Of a DNA stretch of 64,000 nt, positions 51,069 to 61,155 are shown piece after piece. The stretch's first letter is position 1, and every line of letters begins with the position of its first letter. The notes below the pieces were generated by a model that was given only the letters and a program-made list of their open reading frames with translations, was not told the DNA's origin and searched no databases. The stretch comes from Phaeosaccion multiseriatum. Lineage: Eukaryota; Protista; Ochrophyta, other classes. The stretch covers positions 2,232,001 through 2,296,000 of the forward strand of contig OZ218958.1 in the NCBI GenBank assembly GCA_965112735.1. The letters run 5' to 3'. Made by a program: the position numbers and the translations under genes.

Positions 51069-51722
51069 CCCTTAAGTGCCATCTATGGTTGTCTAAAAGT
51101 AATGGCTCACCGCCCCGGGGAACTTAGCCCCCGAGGTCGTATCCCTCCGATGCGAAGGTGTCGAGGGCCGACCTTCAGGAGTTGGTTCCTCAAAACACAA
51201 ATGGCGACTCTGGTGTGCTTACACTTCCACGGGGGGCACGAACATCTGGACATGAGGGCTTATGCGAGGGCTGTTTGCGTTATTCGGCGGCGATTGGCCG
51301 TCGCGCTCCAGCGGGCCCGACACGAACGCTCGATCCGACACAGAATCCTGGCTGGTATCAACTTTATTCCGATGGGGAGAATTGACGCATCGGAGGGATG
51401 ATACGACTTCTTCGGGGGACTTAGTCGACCCCTGACACACTATCCGCTATCCGCTATCGCCGGCGCCAGCCGGCGCGCTATCCGCTATCGGCAGCGTCAG
51501 CCGGCTTTGGGGGGGGGGGGGGGTTGTTGGGGCGTGCTATCCGCCAGCCGGCGCGCTATCCGCTATCGGCCGGCGCCAGCCGGCACGCTATCCGCTATCG
51601 GCCCCCGGGGGGGCCGATAGCGCGCTATCGAGAATGTGGGCGATAGTGTGTCAGGGGTCGAACTTAGTTTCGCCGGGGCGGTGAGCCATTACCTTTAGAC
51701 AACCATAGATGGCACTTAAGGG
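51069..51722. mobile_element. Non-autonomous TIR element (~52-bp TIRs, CCCTT...AAGGG ends, TTAA on the right) containing two IR-bounded cassettes (51128-51418, 51425-51661) delimited by ACTTAG
   Basis: cccttaagtgccatctatggttgtctaaaagtaatggctcaccgccccgg at 51069 is the near-perfect reverse complement of 51673-51722; ACTTAG at 51122, 51419 and 51662. Confidence 0.85.
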
Positions 51723-51822
51723 TTAAGGAGCTTCCCCGGTAATCCTTCGCACTTCACGCTGGGCTGCTGTTGTCCTTACGATAGACCCGCTTGGGTAGGG
51801 GAAGGGGGCGCTCTCGAGGAAG

Positions 51823-53943
51823 ATGAGTGCGAAGCGGGAGAGGATTGCCGGGAAGGTGCAGGAGTGGAAGATGAGTGCGAAGCGGGAGAGGATTGCCGGG
51901 AAGGTGCAGGGGTGGTACGACAAGAGAGCTGAACTGGAGGCTTCGGGCTGGGGAAGCAGCAAGGAGGACCTCCTGCTCTTGCTCAAGGCCGTTCTCTGTA
52001 CCGTCGATGTGGAAGAGCTGAAACAGAAGGGGTATGGTCCGCTGCACTACCTCGCCGATGCTGAGAAGAGGAAGGAGACGCGCTGCTCGGAGGTGAAGGG
52101 ACCGAGAATGCTGGAGGATGTGAAGCTGCTGGAGGAGTGCGGACTAAGCGTTGACACCAGGCGAGATGGGGGTTCCTGGACGGCTCTGCACCAAGCTGCA
52201 CAGAGGGGGAACTTTGACTTAGTGAAGGGGCTAGTGGAGGCAGGTGCGGATGTCAACCTCAAGGATCATGGTGGAACAACACCTCTGCGCCTTGCTGCTC
52301 ACACTGGCCACCCCATGATAGTGTGGTACTTGCTTAAGCATGGAGCCAAATGGGAGGGGAGCTATGCCTTGCACAGTGCGGCTTGGAATGGGCGCCCTTC
52401 GAGTGTGAAGATGTTGCTGAAGGCAGGGGCCAATGTATTCGAGAAGGATCCGGATGGCTACACGGCTGCCCAGATTTGCTGCAGAGGGAAGGAGGGAACG
52501 GGCTCAAAAGCAGGGCGTGCCGAGGCTCTGTCGATCTTGCTCAAGAAGGGCGCAGATGTGAAGGTGAAGGACAAAAGAGGCAGCACTCTCCTGCACCTCG
52601 CCGCGTGTTTCGGAAACGAGCAGTGTATCCCCATTCTTGTGGGCAGAGGGCTGCAGGCCGATGCAAGGAGCAACGAGTTGGTCACGCCGCTCCACTTCGC
52701 CTCTTTGTGTGGACATCTGAGATGTGTGAACGAGCTCATTCGCCGCGGTACCCCCCTTGACGCTGTTGATACACATGGTGGCACTTCCCTCACGTATGCT
52801 ATCGTCGGAGGCCACGTGAAGGTTGTGAGTGAGCTGATACGCGCCGATGCCTCTGTCGATGTCAAAGACAAGAATTCGATCACCGCACTGCATGTCGCGG
52901 CCGCCCTGGGCAGCATCAAGATGGCCTACCTCCTGGTGGAGGGTGGAGCGGCGGTCGATGCCCTCACCGATGATGGTGAAAGTCCTTTGGTATCGTGCAT
53001 GCGCCCTGGAGAAGGGAAGATAGCTCAGACGTTGGAGAGTCTTCGAACATCACCAGGAGAGAAGGAGGCGCGCGAGAAGGTGGCTCGATTCCTGCTGAAG
53101 ATGGGCACTGCCGTTGACGAGAAGGTGATGAAAGCGGCGGGGGAGGCAGGCTTCAGTGGTGTCATTTCCTCTTTCATCAGGACAGAACGGGAGGGGCGCA
53201 ACGCTGTCACAGACAGACTTCACACCGTTTCGGAGCACTACTCGTCCATGATGGCTGGTGCTGAGGATGAGAAGGCTGACAGCACAGTGCGGGTTAGGCT
53301 GGTGAATACGCGCAGTGGAGAGAAGGGCGAGAAGCAGTACGTCTTGAATATCCCTCTGATGAAGCAGCTGGCAGCGAGGGTAAGTGTGGGAGAGAAAGAG
53401 AGGGCGAAGATCTCCACAGACCAAGCCTCAGCGGTAGTAGGTATTCTTCCGAATATGCTTGACCCGAGGAAGTACGGCTACAAGGGGGATGATGAAGATG
53501 AAGGGGAGGAGAAGGGGGCAGTGAAGGGCAAGAAGGAGATGAAGCGTGTAGAGCTGAAGTATGATGGCGTGGACTTCACCGAGGAGGGCTTTGAGGCTGT
53601 GGTGCAGTTCGTGACGACGGGCAGTGTGGAGGAGCTGCTGACGAGAAGGCCCGGAGGGGGGGGCACAGAAGGGGGCGCGAGCAGCAACAGCAGCGGTAGG
53701 CGAGGAGACGGGGGGAAAGCTGAAGGTAAGGGCAGGGGAGGGAAGAAGAGGAAGCGTGTGAAGCTGTTCGACGACGTTCGAGCGAAACAGGCTGTGCAGG
53801 CGGCGGAGTTCTTCTGCTTGGAGGTGATGTCGAGGGAGGTGAAGACGCTGATAAGAGAATACGGCTTCGAGCTGGAGCAGAACGAGACTGAGAGAGACGA
53901 GGAAGAAGGGCCATCGCGGAAGAGAAGCAGAGCTGACCCCTGA
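51823..53943 (+). CDS. Ankyrin-BTB paralogue C, intronless (706 aa including a duplicated 16-aa N-terminus)
   Basis: Colinear with A and B; the block 51752-54218, including UTRs, duplicates 48433-50853. Confidence 0.87.
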   Translation: MSAKRERIAGKVQEWKMSAKRERIAGKVQGWYDKRAELEASGWGSSKEDLLLLLKAVLCTVDVEELKQKGYGPLHYLADAEKRKETRCSEVKGPRMLEDVKLLEECGLSVDTRRDGGSWTALHQAAQRGNFDLVKGLVEAGADVNLKDHGGTTPLRLAAHTGHPMIVWYLLKHGAKWEGSYALHSAAWNGRPSSVKMLLKAGANVFEKDPDGYTAAQICCRGKEGTGSKAGRAEALSILLKKGADVKVKDKRGSTLLHLAACFGNEQCIPILVGRGLQADARSNELVTPLHFASLCGHLRCVNELIRRGTPLDAVDTHGGTSLTYAIVGGHVKVVSELIRADASVDVKDKNSITALHVAAALGSIKMAYLLVEGGAAVDALTDDGESPLVSCMRPGEGKIAQTLESLRTSPGEKEAREKVARFLLKMGTAVDEKVMKAAGEAGFSGVISSFIRTEREGRNAVTDRLHTVSEHYSSMMAGAEDEKADSTVRVRLVNTRSGEKGEKQYVLNIPLMKQLAARVSVGEKERAKISTDQASAVVGILPNMLDPRKYGYKGDDEDEGEEKGAVKGKKEMKRVELKYDGVDFTEEGFEAVVQFVTTGSVEELLTRRPGGGGTEGGASSNSSGRRGDGGKAEGKGRGGKKRKRVKLFDDVRAKQAVQAAEFFCLEVMSREVKTLIREYGFELEQNETERDEEEGPSRKRSRADP

Positions 53944-54235
53944 ACACCACCACGCAGGACTTCAGCAGCTACAAGCATGAGTGAGCTCGCCTCGGTGGTG
54001 GGAGGAGGGAGAGAGGTATAGTGGGCATCAAAGGCATGTCATACGAGGAGACGAGAGATGCATGGGGTGCGTAACGGTGTGCGGTGTGTGCGGTGTGCAC
54101 CTTGGCGTCAGCGACGTATGCGTTAGGAGGGCCGTGGTGAGGAGCACCACCTTCCACCACCCCTCGTCCGAACAAGTGTGAGAGGAGGCGTACCCTTGAT
54201 TGGGTCCCATTGATTGGGTCCCATTCCCCCTTCCC

Positions 54236-54400
54236 ACTGGGTACATCCTCAGCTTTTCCAGAAGGGCGCAATTCCGTGGTCGTGATGCGTCTCCTTCCTC
54301 CCCAGCAAGCGACGACGCCGATCACATTGTACGCCCCTCAGTCTCTCTCTCCTCCCATCAAGGTTCTCCAGCTACTCCAGCTACTGCTGCTGACTTTCCC
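54236..54400 (-). pseudogene. Degenerate copy of exon 1 of the 57392 gene
   Basis: ggtaca..ctcagcttttccag...gacgacg.cgatcacattgtac is shared with 57161-57262 (GVQCDRRR...LLEKLR[MV]YP), here with frameshifts. Confidence 0.55.
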
Positions 54401-54795
54401 CCCTCGGCACGCTCTCGCCACACCTCTGCCCACGGCAAAGAGTATCCCAGCGTTCCAACATCATCAGAGAGAACGATCCTCTTTCCTTGGGTGTGATTGA
54501 GCAAGCAATGCCACGCTTTCTTGTTTCGTATCCAAAGGGGGATACATGATCCGGGCCTGTTGTACATACAGGACGCCAAATGTAAAAATAAAACAGCAAG
54601 ACGAAAACCAGCCAGAGCACCGATTTCTTCATTCCTCATGGTGAGCCTAACAAAGCAACCCATTTCATCATTCTTCCTTATGAGCCTAATCTATACACCG
54701 CGATGTCGACAACAATCCAGTTTAGCTCGGCCGGGCCCTGCACCGGAGGGGGAGGGGAGAGGGGAGGAGGGGGGAGGGGAAGGGATCAGACAAGG

Positions 54796-54885
54796 AGGGA
54801 CTTATTCAAGAGGGTGTGGGGCAAGAGGGGGAGAGAGGGGACTTATTCAAGAGGGTGTGGGGCAAGAGGGACTTATTCAAGAGGG
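54796..54885. repeat. ~30-bp minisatellite, 3 units
   Basis: agggacttattcaagagggtgtggggcaag repeated. Confidence 0.85.
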
Positions 54886-55319
54886 GGCATGTCCACATGA
54901 GGATCAGCAGCAATCGGACACAAAGAGAGACGGCAGACAAGGGGCACAAGGAGAGGGAGAGAGGAGAGAAGGGGAGAACGGACACAGCAAGAGGGAGAGA
55001 GGGGAGAGAGAGGAAGAGAGAGAGGGTGTGTGTGAGAGATGCAGAGAAAGAGGGCGAGAGAGAACTATGCACAGAAGCAGGGACTCTTGTCCCTCTCCCT
55101 CCTTCCTTCCTCACTGTACTACGCACCGAGAGACAGCCCACGACGGTCCAAATGGAGGAGCACGGCTTGCCCAGCTTTGTAACGCCCGTAACGCCCCTCT
55201 CCCTGCTGAGGCCCCTCCGGAGCAGATGCAAGTTGGACACGTCGGCGCCCAAGTTGTAGGTATCCGAAGTCTCTACCTTGAGCTTGGTGATGGCCACCAC
55301 GCTCTCGTCCTGTCCAGAG

Positions 55320-55370
<51 letters not shown>

Positions 55371-57392
55371 GGAGAGGAAAAGGGAAACAGCACAGAGAGA
55401 GAGAGAGAGGTCAGAGAAAGGGGAGGAAGGAAGGGACGGAGGGAGGGAGGGAGGGAAGAAGACATATATGAAAGAGAGGCAAACGCGTGAAGAGAGGGGG
55501 GGGGGGATGGGAAGCGTGGGAGAACTTCCCTAGAGTCGACACCACACGCCGCACGCCCTTCTCAGCCCCCGCCACGACCGATACACCGACCCGACCGCCG
55601 CGGGTCCTCTCCCCCTCTGGAAGGACCACCTCTCCCTCTAGAAGGACCACCTCTCCCTCCCTCCCTCCCTCACCTGACTCCCTACGGCGAGGGAGGGAGG
55701 CATGGGCCATCCACTGTAGTCGACCACACACGGGGCAGCGAGCGTGAGCCGCACAGACTGGACATCTCCCGCCGGGATGAGGGGCGGTGTGGGGGCAGGG
55801 AACATCCAAGCGCTGAGGTGAGGAAGGAAGGAAGGAAGGAAGGAAGGAAGGAAGGGAAGGAGGGAGGTAGGACGGGGCGAGAACAAGTATGAGGGAGGGG
55901 GGGGGGGGGCTTCTTATGTCACACGGAGCACACAGAGCACACAGAAAAGGGGGAAGACAGGACAGGCAGACACGCCATCTGTGAGGAGCTGCTCTCAGCC
56001 ACTCGCGCGCTAAGCAATGTATGAGCTCGACTCCGCTGGAGGGCCAGCTGTGACTTGACATTGCCCTCCTCAGCTCGGCGGAGGACACTCCTCACCACTC
56101 TTCAAGCAAAAAAAGATGGAAGGACGGAAGACACTGGGCGGCACTCCACACTCATGAGTAGGACAGAAGGTTTCCCGTCCCGCTCTTCTCCTCAGCAGGA
56201 CACAAGACACTCCGCGGCACTCCTCAGCACTCTCCCTCGACAACTTACTCGACAATGGCACTGATCGTACCCAACCGCCGCAGGACAGACAGAAACGACA
56301 CTTTCCCCCCTATTTGCCTCAGTAGAGAGAGGATAGACTCTTGGTCCTGAGCCTGCCGGTCTAAAAGACGCTTGACTCGCTCCATCTGCTCCTCCTCTTG
56401 CTGCTGCTGCCGCTGCTGCTGCCGCTGCTGCCCCCCCTGCTGCTTGTCTTCCCCAACGGCCCATCCCACCTCCAACCTTTCCACCAGTGTCGGCGCCACA
56501 CAGCCGCGGAGCATGTCCTCTGCATCTTCCTGCTCGCGAGTGGGGATCTCTCCCCCACCGGCTCCGTCGTGCTCCTCCCCGGCGATGAGCACAGCGTTCG
56601 CGTCCAACACTGCTTGGAAGGCCCCGCCGACGTTTGCAGAGAACTCGTCCGAGTCAAAGCCGTGGACCTGTGGTGACCGCAGAAAGGGGGCAGACGAGGT
56701 CCAATCAGGGAGAGAGAGAGAGAGAGAGAGGGAGGGGGGGGGGGTACATGAGAGAGGGCATCACGCCATATTCAATTGTGTCATCGCAGTTCGACACTAC
56801 GGACTTGCACATGTATCGTACCTTGAGCAACGCGTCTTCTCGTCTGCGAGCAGAGCTCGGATCTTCGCCACTCAACAGATCACTCAGGGAGATGGAGCCG
56901 CGAAAAAATTCTTGAATGTGGTCAATGAGATTTGGATGCGTTTTCTGTCAAAGGAGATAAGAGGGAGGGATGAGGGAGAAAGGATTAGTTCAAGCAGAGG
57001 AATGGACAACAGATCACTCAGGGATATGGAGCCGCGCAAAAATTCTTGAATGTGGTCAAAGATATGTGGATGCGTTTTCTGTCAAAGGAGGGTAGAGGGA
57101 TGATGGAGAAAGGATTAGTTCAATCAGAGGAATGGACCAAAAAACTTTCGCTTACCAGAGGGTACACTCTCAGCTTTTCCAGCAGGGCACGATCCTCCGT
57201 CGTTAGGCATCTTCTTGCTCCAACTCCCACAGGGACGCAACGACGACGATCACATTGTACACCTCCCCTCCAGGTTCCTCCAGCTGCTCCTCCAGTTGCT
57301 GCTGCTGATGCTGCTGCTCCTGCTTCTGTTAATGACGACGAGAAGCCTCCTTGGAAGCTTCTCACGACTCCTCTCCTCAAGGTAAGGATCAT
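54806..57392 (-). CDS. Multi-exon hypothetical protein with a mitochondrial-type presequence, possibly Tim44-like domain; 3' end uncertain
   Basis: Exons MILTLRRGVVRSF...LRVYPL|KTHPNLIDHIQEFFRG...LLK|VHGFDSDEFSANVGGAFQAV...MLRGCVAPTLVERL are joined by GT-AG; FDSDEF...AFQAV resembles the first Tim44-like helix. Confidence 0.5.
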
Positions 57393-57563
57393 CACAAAGA
57401 GAGAAGAGGAGAAGGAGAATGGGGAAAAAAAAGGAAGATCCAAAAAAAAAATCTGAGGGAGTTGGTTCTCCATTTGGCGACGGCTGGAGGTGGCCGACGC
57501 CGCGCGCGATGGTGAATTTCTCGCTCAACACGCAGCAGTAGCAGCTCTAGAAAGACAGGTAAA

Positions 57564-59685
57564 ATGATGATAGCAAGACAGGCGGCACCAGTATTTAGAC
57601 AGGCGGGAGCTGCGGCAAGGCGGGCTTGCGCAGGAAGGACATCAGCAGGAGCAGCTCCTTTCTTCTCTGGGGTTGGAGGACATTCGCGACACTTTTCTGC
57701 CTTACCGGAGCACGACCTCGTGCCCATGCCGGTGCGTGGATGGTGGGAGAGAGGGAGGGCGGGGAAGAGGAGGGAGGGGCAGGAGCTAGGCAGCGCGCAG
57801 TCCAGACGCAATGCCCGCAACCCCTCCTCTCCTGCCAGTCACCCCTCCACATGAATGGCCGAGCCTTCGTCGAGCCTTGTCGTGTGCGATGGTGGGCCGC
57901 TCACAGGAAGTCTGCGTGGTAACTTGACTAGTGGAGGGCCAGACGCTGAGTTGCTCCATTGTAGGAAGAATAAGAAAAAGAAGAAAAAGAGGTTTTTATT
58001 TTGCTGCCCCCTCTGATCCGTCCGACCGCCCCCCCCCTTCACCCTCGTACCCGCCCCATGTTGATCGACGTGCCCCCCCCCATAGGCGCTCTCCCCTACC
58101 ATGGAGCACGGCAACATGGCTAAGTGGAATTTGAAGGAGGGTGATGAGATTGAGGCGGGTGCCATCATCTGCGAAATCGAGACAGACAAAGCTGTACGTG
58201 CTGGCGTGGCTGGGTGCACCGCCTCTCCTCCCTATGCCCTCCGTATGTCCCTGTTCTCTCCCCTACCCCTTCCCACCCTCTACTCTCTCTCCCTTCCTTA
58301 CACTCCCTTTGCCCTTCCCCCCCACCTTCTCTCCGTCGGTGTCCTGCGTCAGACGGTGGATTTCGAAGCCCAGGACGATTCCTTCTTGGCGAAGGTAAGC
58401 AGTTCTTTCTCTCTCTGTTTCTCTCTCTCCCTCTCTCTCTTTCTTTCCTTCTTTCTCTTTATCTCTCTCTCTTCTCTCCCTCTCTCTCTCTGTCTTCTTT
58501 CTTTCTCTCTCTCTTCTCTTTTCTCTCTCATCGCAACTCCCTCTCCTCCTTTCTCCCCTCTCTCTCCTTCTCCCTCCCTCTCTCTCCCTTCCTCTCACCC
58601 CCCCTTCCCCCCTCCTCCTCTCTCTCTCATCCCACCTCCCCCAACAGATTTTGGTTCCCGAGGGAGCCAAAGACATCCCGGTGGGCGCACCGATGATGAT
58701 CACGGTTGAGAGCAAGGACCTCGTCGCTGCATTTAGTGACTACGAGGTGTGTGATCGAGTTTCAGATTTAGTCCCGGTGAAGAGACGAAGGTAGACGAGC
58801 AAAGTGGATGGGGACCTTACCTTGCCTTGCCTCAGCTAGGCTTTGCTTGCCTCGGCTTGGCTTGCCTCGGCTAGGTTGGTTAGCTTGGCGTAGCCTGGGC
58901 TCGACCTGCGGATGGCGGATTGGCAGAAACCCCATGCACTCACTCACAGTCTACCTACCCTCTTCGCCCCTCCTATGGCCCTCGCCCCCTCCCTCCCTCA
59001 AGCTGTCACACTGCTCTCTCCTTGCCTCAAGTTGTCTGTCGCCTTACTCTCTCACCCTCTCACCTCATTGCTCCCTCCCTCCCTCCCTCCCGCCCCGTCC
59101 ATCCCGGGCCCTGCCCCAAACAATGCCAATTCAGGTGGAGGAGTCCGCTGCGGCTCCCAAGAAGGAGGAGCCACTGGAAGCTTCCCCTCCCCCTCCTGCC
59201 CCTCTTTCCCCTCCTGCCGAGCCCCCCGCGCCCAAGGCGCCAGAGAAGGCAATGAAAGCCGCACCCACGCCCGCACCAGCTCCGGCGGCGGCCGGTAAGG
59301 GCTCTTAGGCATACGAGTGCTTGGTGTCGGGAGTAGTGGTTGTATAGCACCAACCTTCCCTCCCTCGCCAGTTGTGACTCTCCCCTCGCCAAGCCAGCCA
59401 GATGTGGCTCTCATGCCCTTTTTCTTTCCTTTTTCCCTTCACATCCGCACCCCAACCCTGCTCTTCCTCCTCTTTCATCTCTTGTGGTGTTTGTGTCATC
59501 GTGAAACAGCACCAGCAGCAGCAGCAGCACCCGCACCAGTTGGTGATATGGGGGCGCTGTACTCCTCTGTCCGCTGGGGCTCGGGGGTGGGGGCCTCTCC
59601 CCTTCTGCAACGTATGGCCAAGGAGCAGCAGGCCTATGTGGACAAGTTTGGATCCACCCTGCAGCACATCAGCAAGGCATCCTAG
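57564..59685 (+). CDS. Mitochondrial single-lipoyl-domain protein (PDH E2/E3BP-like N-terminus) without a catalytic domain; six exons
   Basis: Presequence, then MP|[36 protein letters not shown]|[14 protein letters not shown]|[13 protein letters not shown] (lipoyl-lysine ETDKA), Pro/Ala linker, and short C-terminus [36 protein letters not shown]. Confidence 0.85.
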
Positions 59686-59819
59686 GAAGGAGGACGAGGA
59701 GGAGGAGGAGGGAAAGGAGGGAGAGGAGGGGAGGAGCTCTTCCTAGCCGTGCCCAGGGGGGGGGGTGCATCGTCACTGACCCGGGCTGCTGCCAAGTATA
59801 GACAGAGACAGAGACAGAC

Positions 59820-59854
<35 letters not shown>

Positions 59855-60732
59855 AAGAGAGAAAGAGAGGGAGAGACAGACAGACAGATAGAAAGCGACG
59901 CGATGCCCCTGCCTCCCAGGCAGGCAAGAAGAGACAGAGGAGCTTCAAAGGGCAGGCAGGCACCCGCGACGGCCCGCCTCCCCGCGGCAGGAGGGGGCCT
60001 TGCAGCAGCAGCGCAGCAGTAGGGGGAAGGGATGAGTGGCAGGACAGGACCTTGCTTGTGACAAGGGAGGGCCTAGGAAGGGCAAGGTAAGGTCAGAGCA
60101 GGAGGGGCGCCGCTGGGGAAGGAGGGGTTTACAGTCATGAGGCGGGCAAGAGCATGGGCAAGGGGTAAGGGCAGGGGCAAAAGGGCCCCCGTAGATAGAC
60201 AGACAGACTGACTGACTGACGGACAGACAGACAAGACAGACAGACAAGACAGGCAGACAGACACAGCAGTGTGCTTAGACTACTCAAGGCAGGCGGCTCC
60301 TTCCCTTCTTTCCGCTTGCTTGGGCCCCTTTAGACACTGCTCGCCCCACATTAGTCAAGGAGGTTCCGTTCCTTGCGTCCTTCCGCTTTGGCTCCTCGTG
60401 CGAAGAGAGACAGCATCTTCTCATTTGGAAGGTCAATTTAATTGAAAGGGACGTGGCGCAGACCGATCGATCAACGGATGCCCACTCATGCCCCCTCCGC
60501 CGATGGCTCATACACCAAATAGCGGGCTGCCCCTTTCGGACCATCCCTTTGTTGGCTTATGCCTCCCCTTTGGTGCGCCCCTTGTGGTTTTTGGTGCGAT
60601 GAAAAAGCCCTCCGTCGTTCTTGTTCTTCTCCTCCTCCTCCTCCTCCTCCTCCTCCTCCTCCTCCTTCTTTCTCTAAACTACTGCCAACTCCTTCCCCTC
60701 CTTGTGACTCCCTCCCTCCCTCCCTCCCTCCC

Positions 60733-61107
60733 TCACAGGTTGAGGCCTCGCTTGTTCTTCATCGCCTGCACAAGCTTGGCCTTCTTCATGGCAGCCATCT
60801 TGCCCCTGACCTCCTCCAGCTTTGCCTGCTTTCGAGCCGCCTCCCTCTCCTTCCCCCCCTCCGCCTTCATCTCCTCCCTCGCTTTGTTGACTTGCTTGTT
60901 CTTGTCTTGCAAGGAGGGTGGAGCGGCGCTGTCTTTGTCCGACCGTCCGGGGTACGCAACGTCCACCACCTGAGGCCAAAGAGGACATGCACACACACAC
61001 ACGCACACACACACACGTATAAAGACACACGCACGTAAGACAGACAGACAGACACGCACGTACCCACGGAGGGTAGAAAGACAGACAAGACACACGCACA
61101 TACACAC

Positions 61108-61155
<48 letters not shown>

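Noticed and set aside
51438-51648. CACTA transposon (cactat...atagtg)
   Set aside because: The inverted repeat extends 13 bp beyond CACTA and the flanks (aca/tgt) are not a 3-bp direct duplication.
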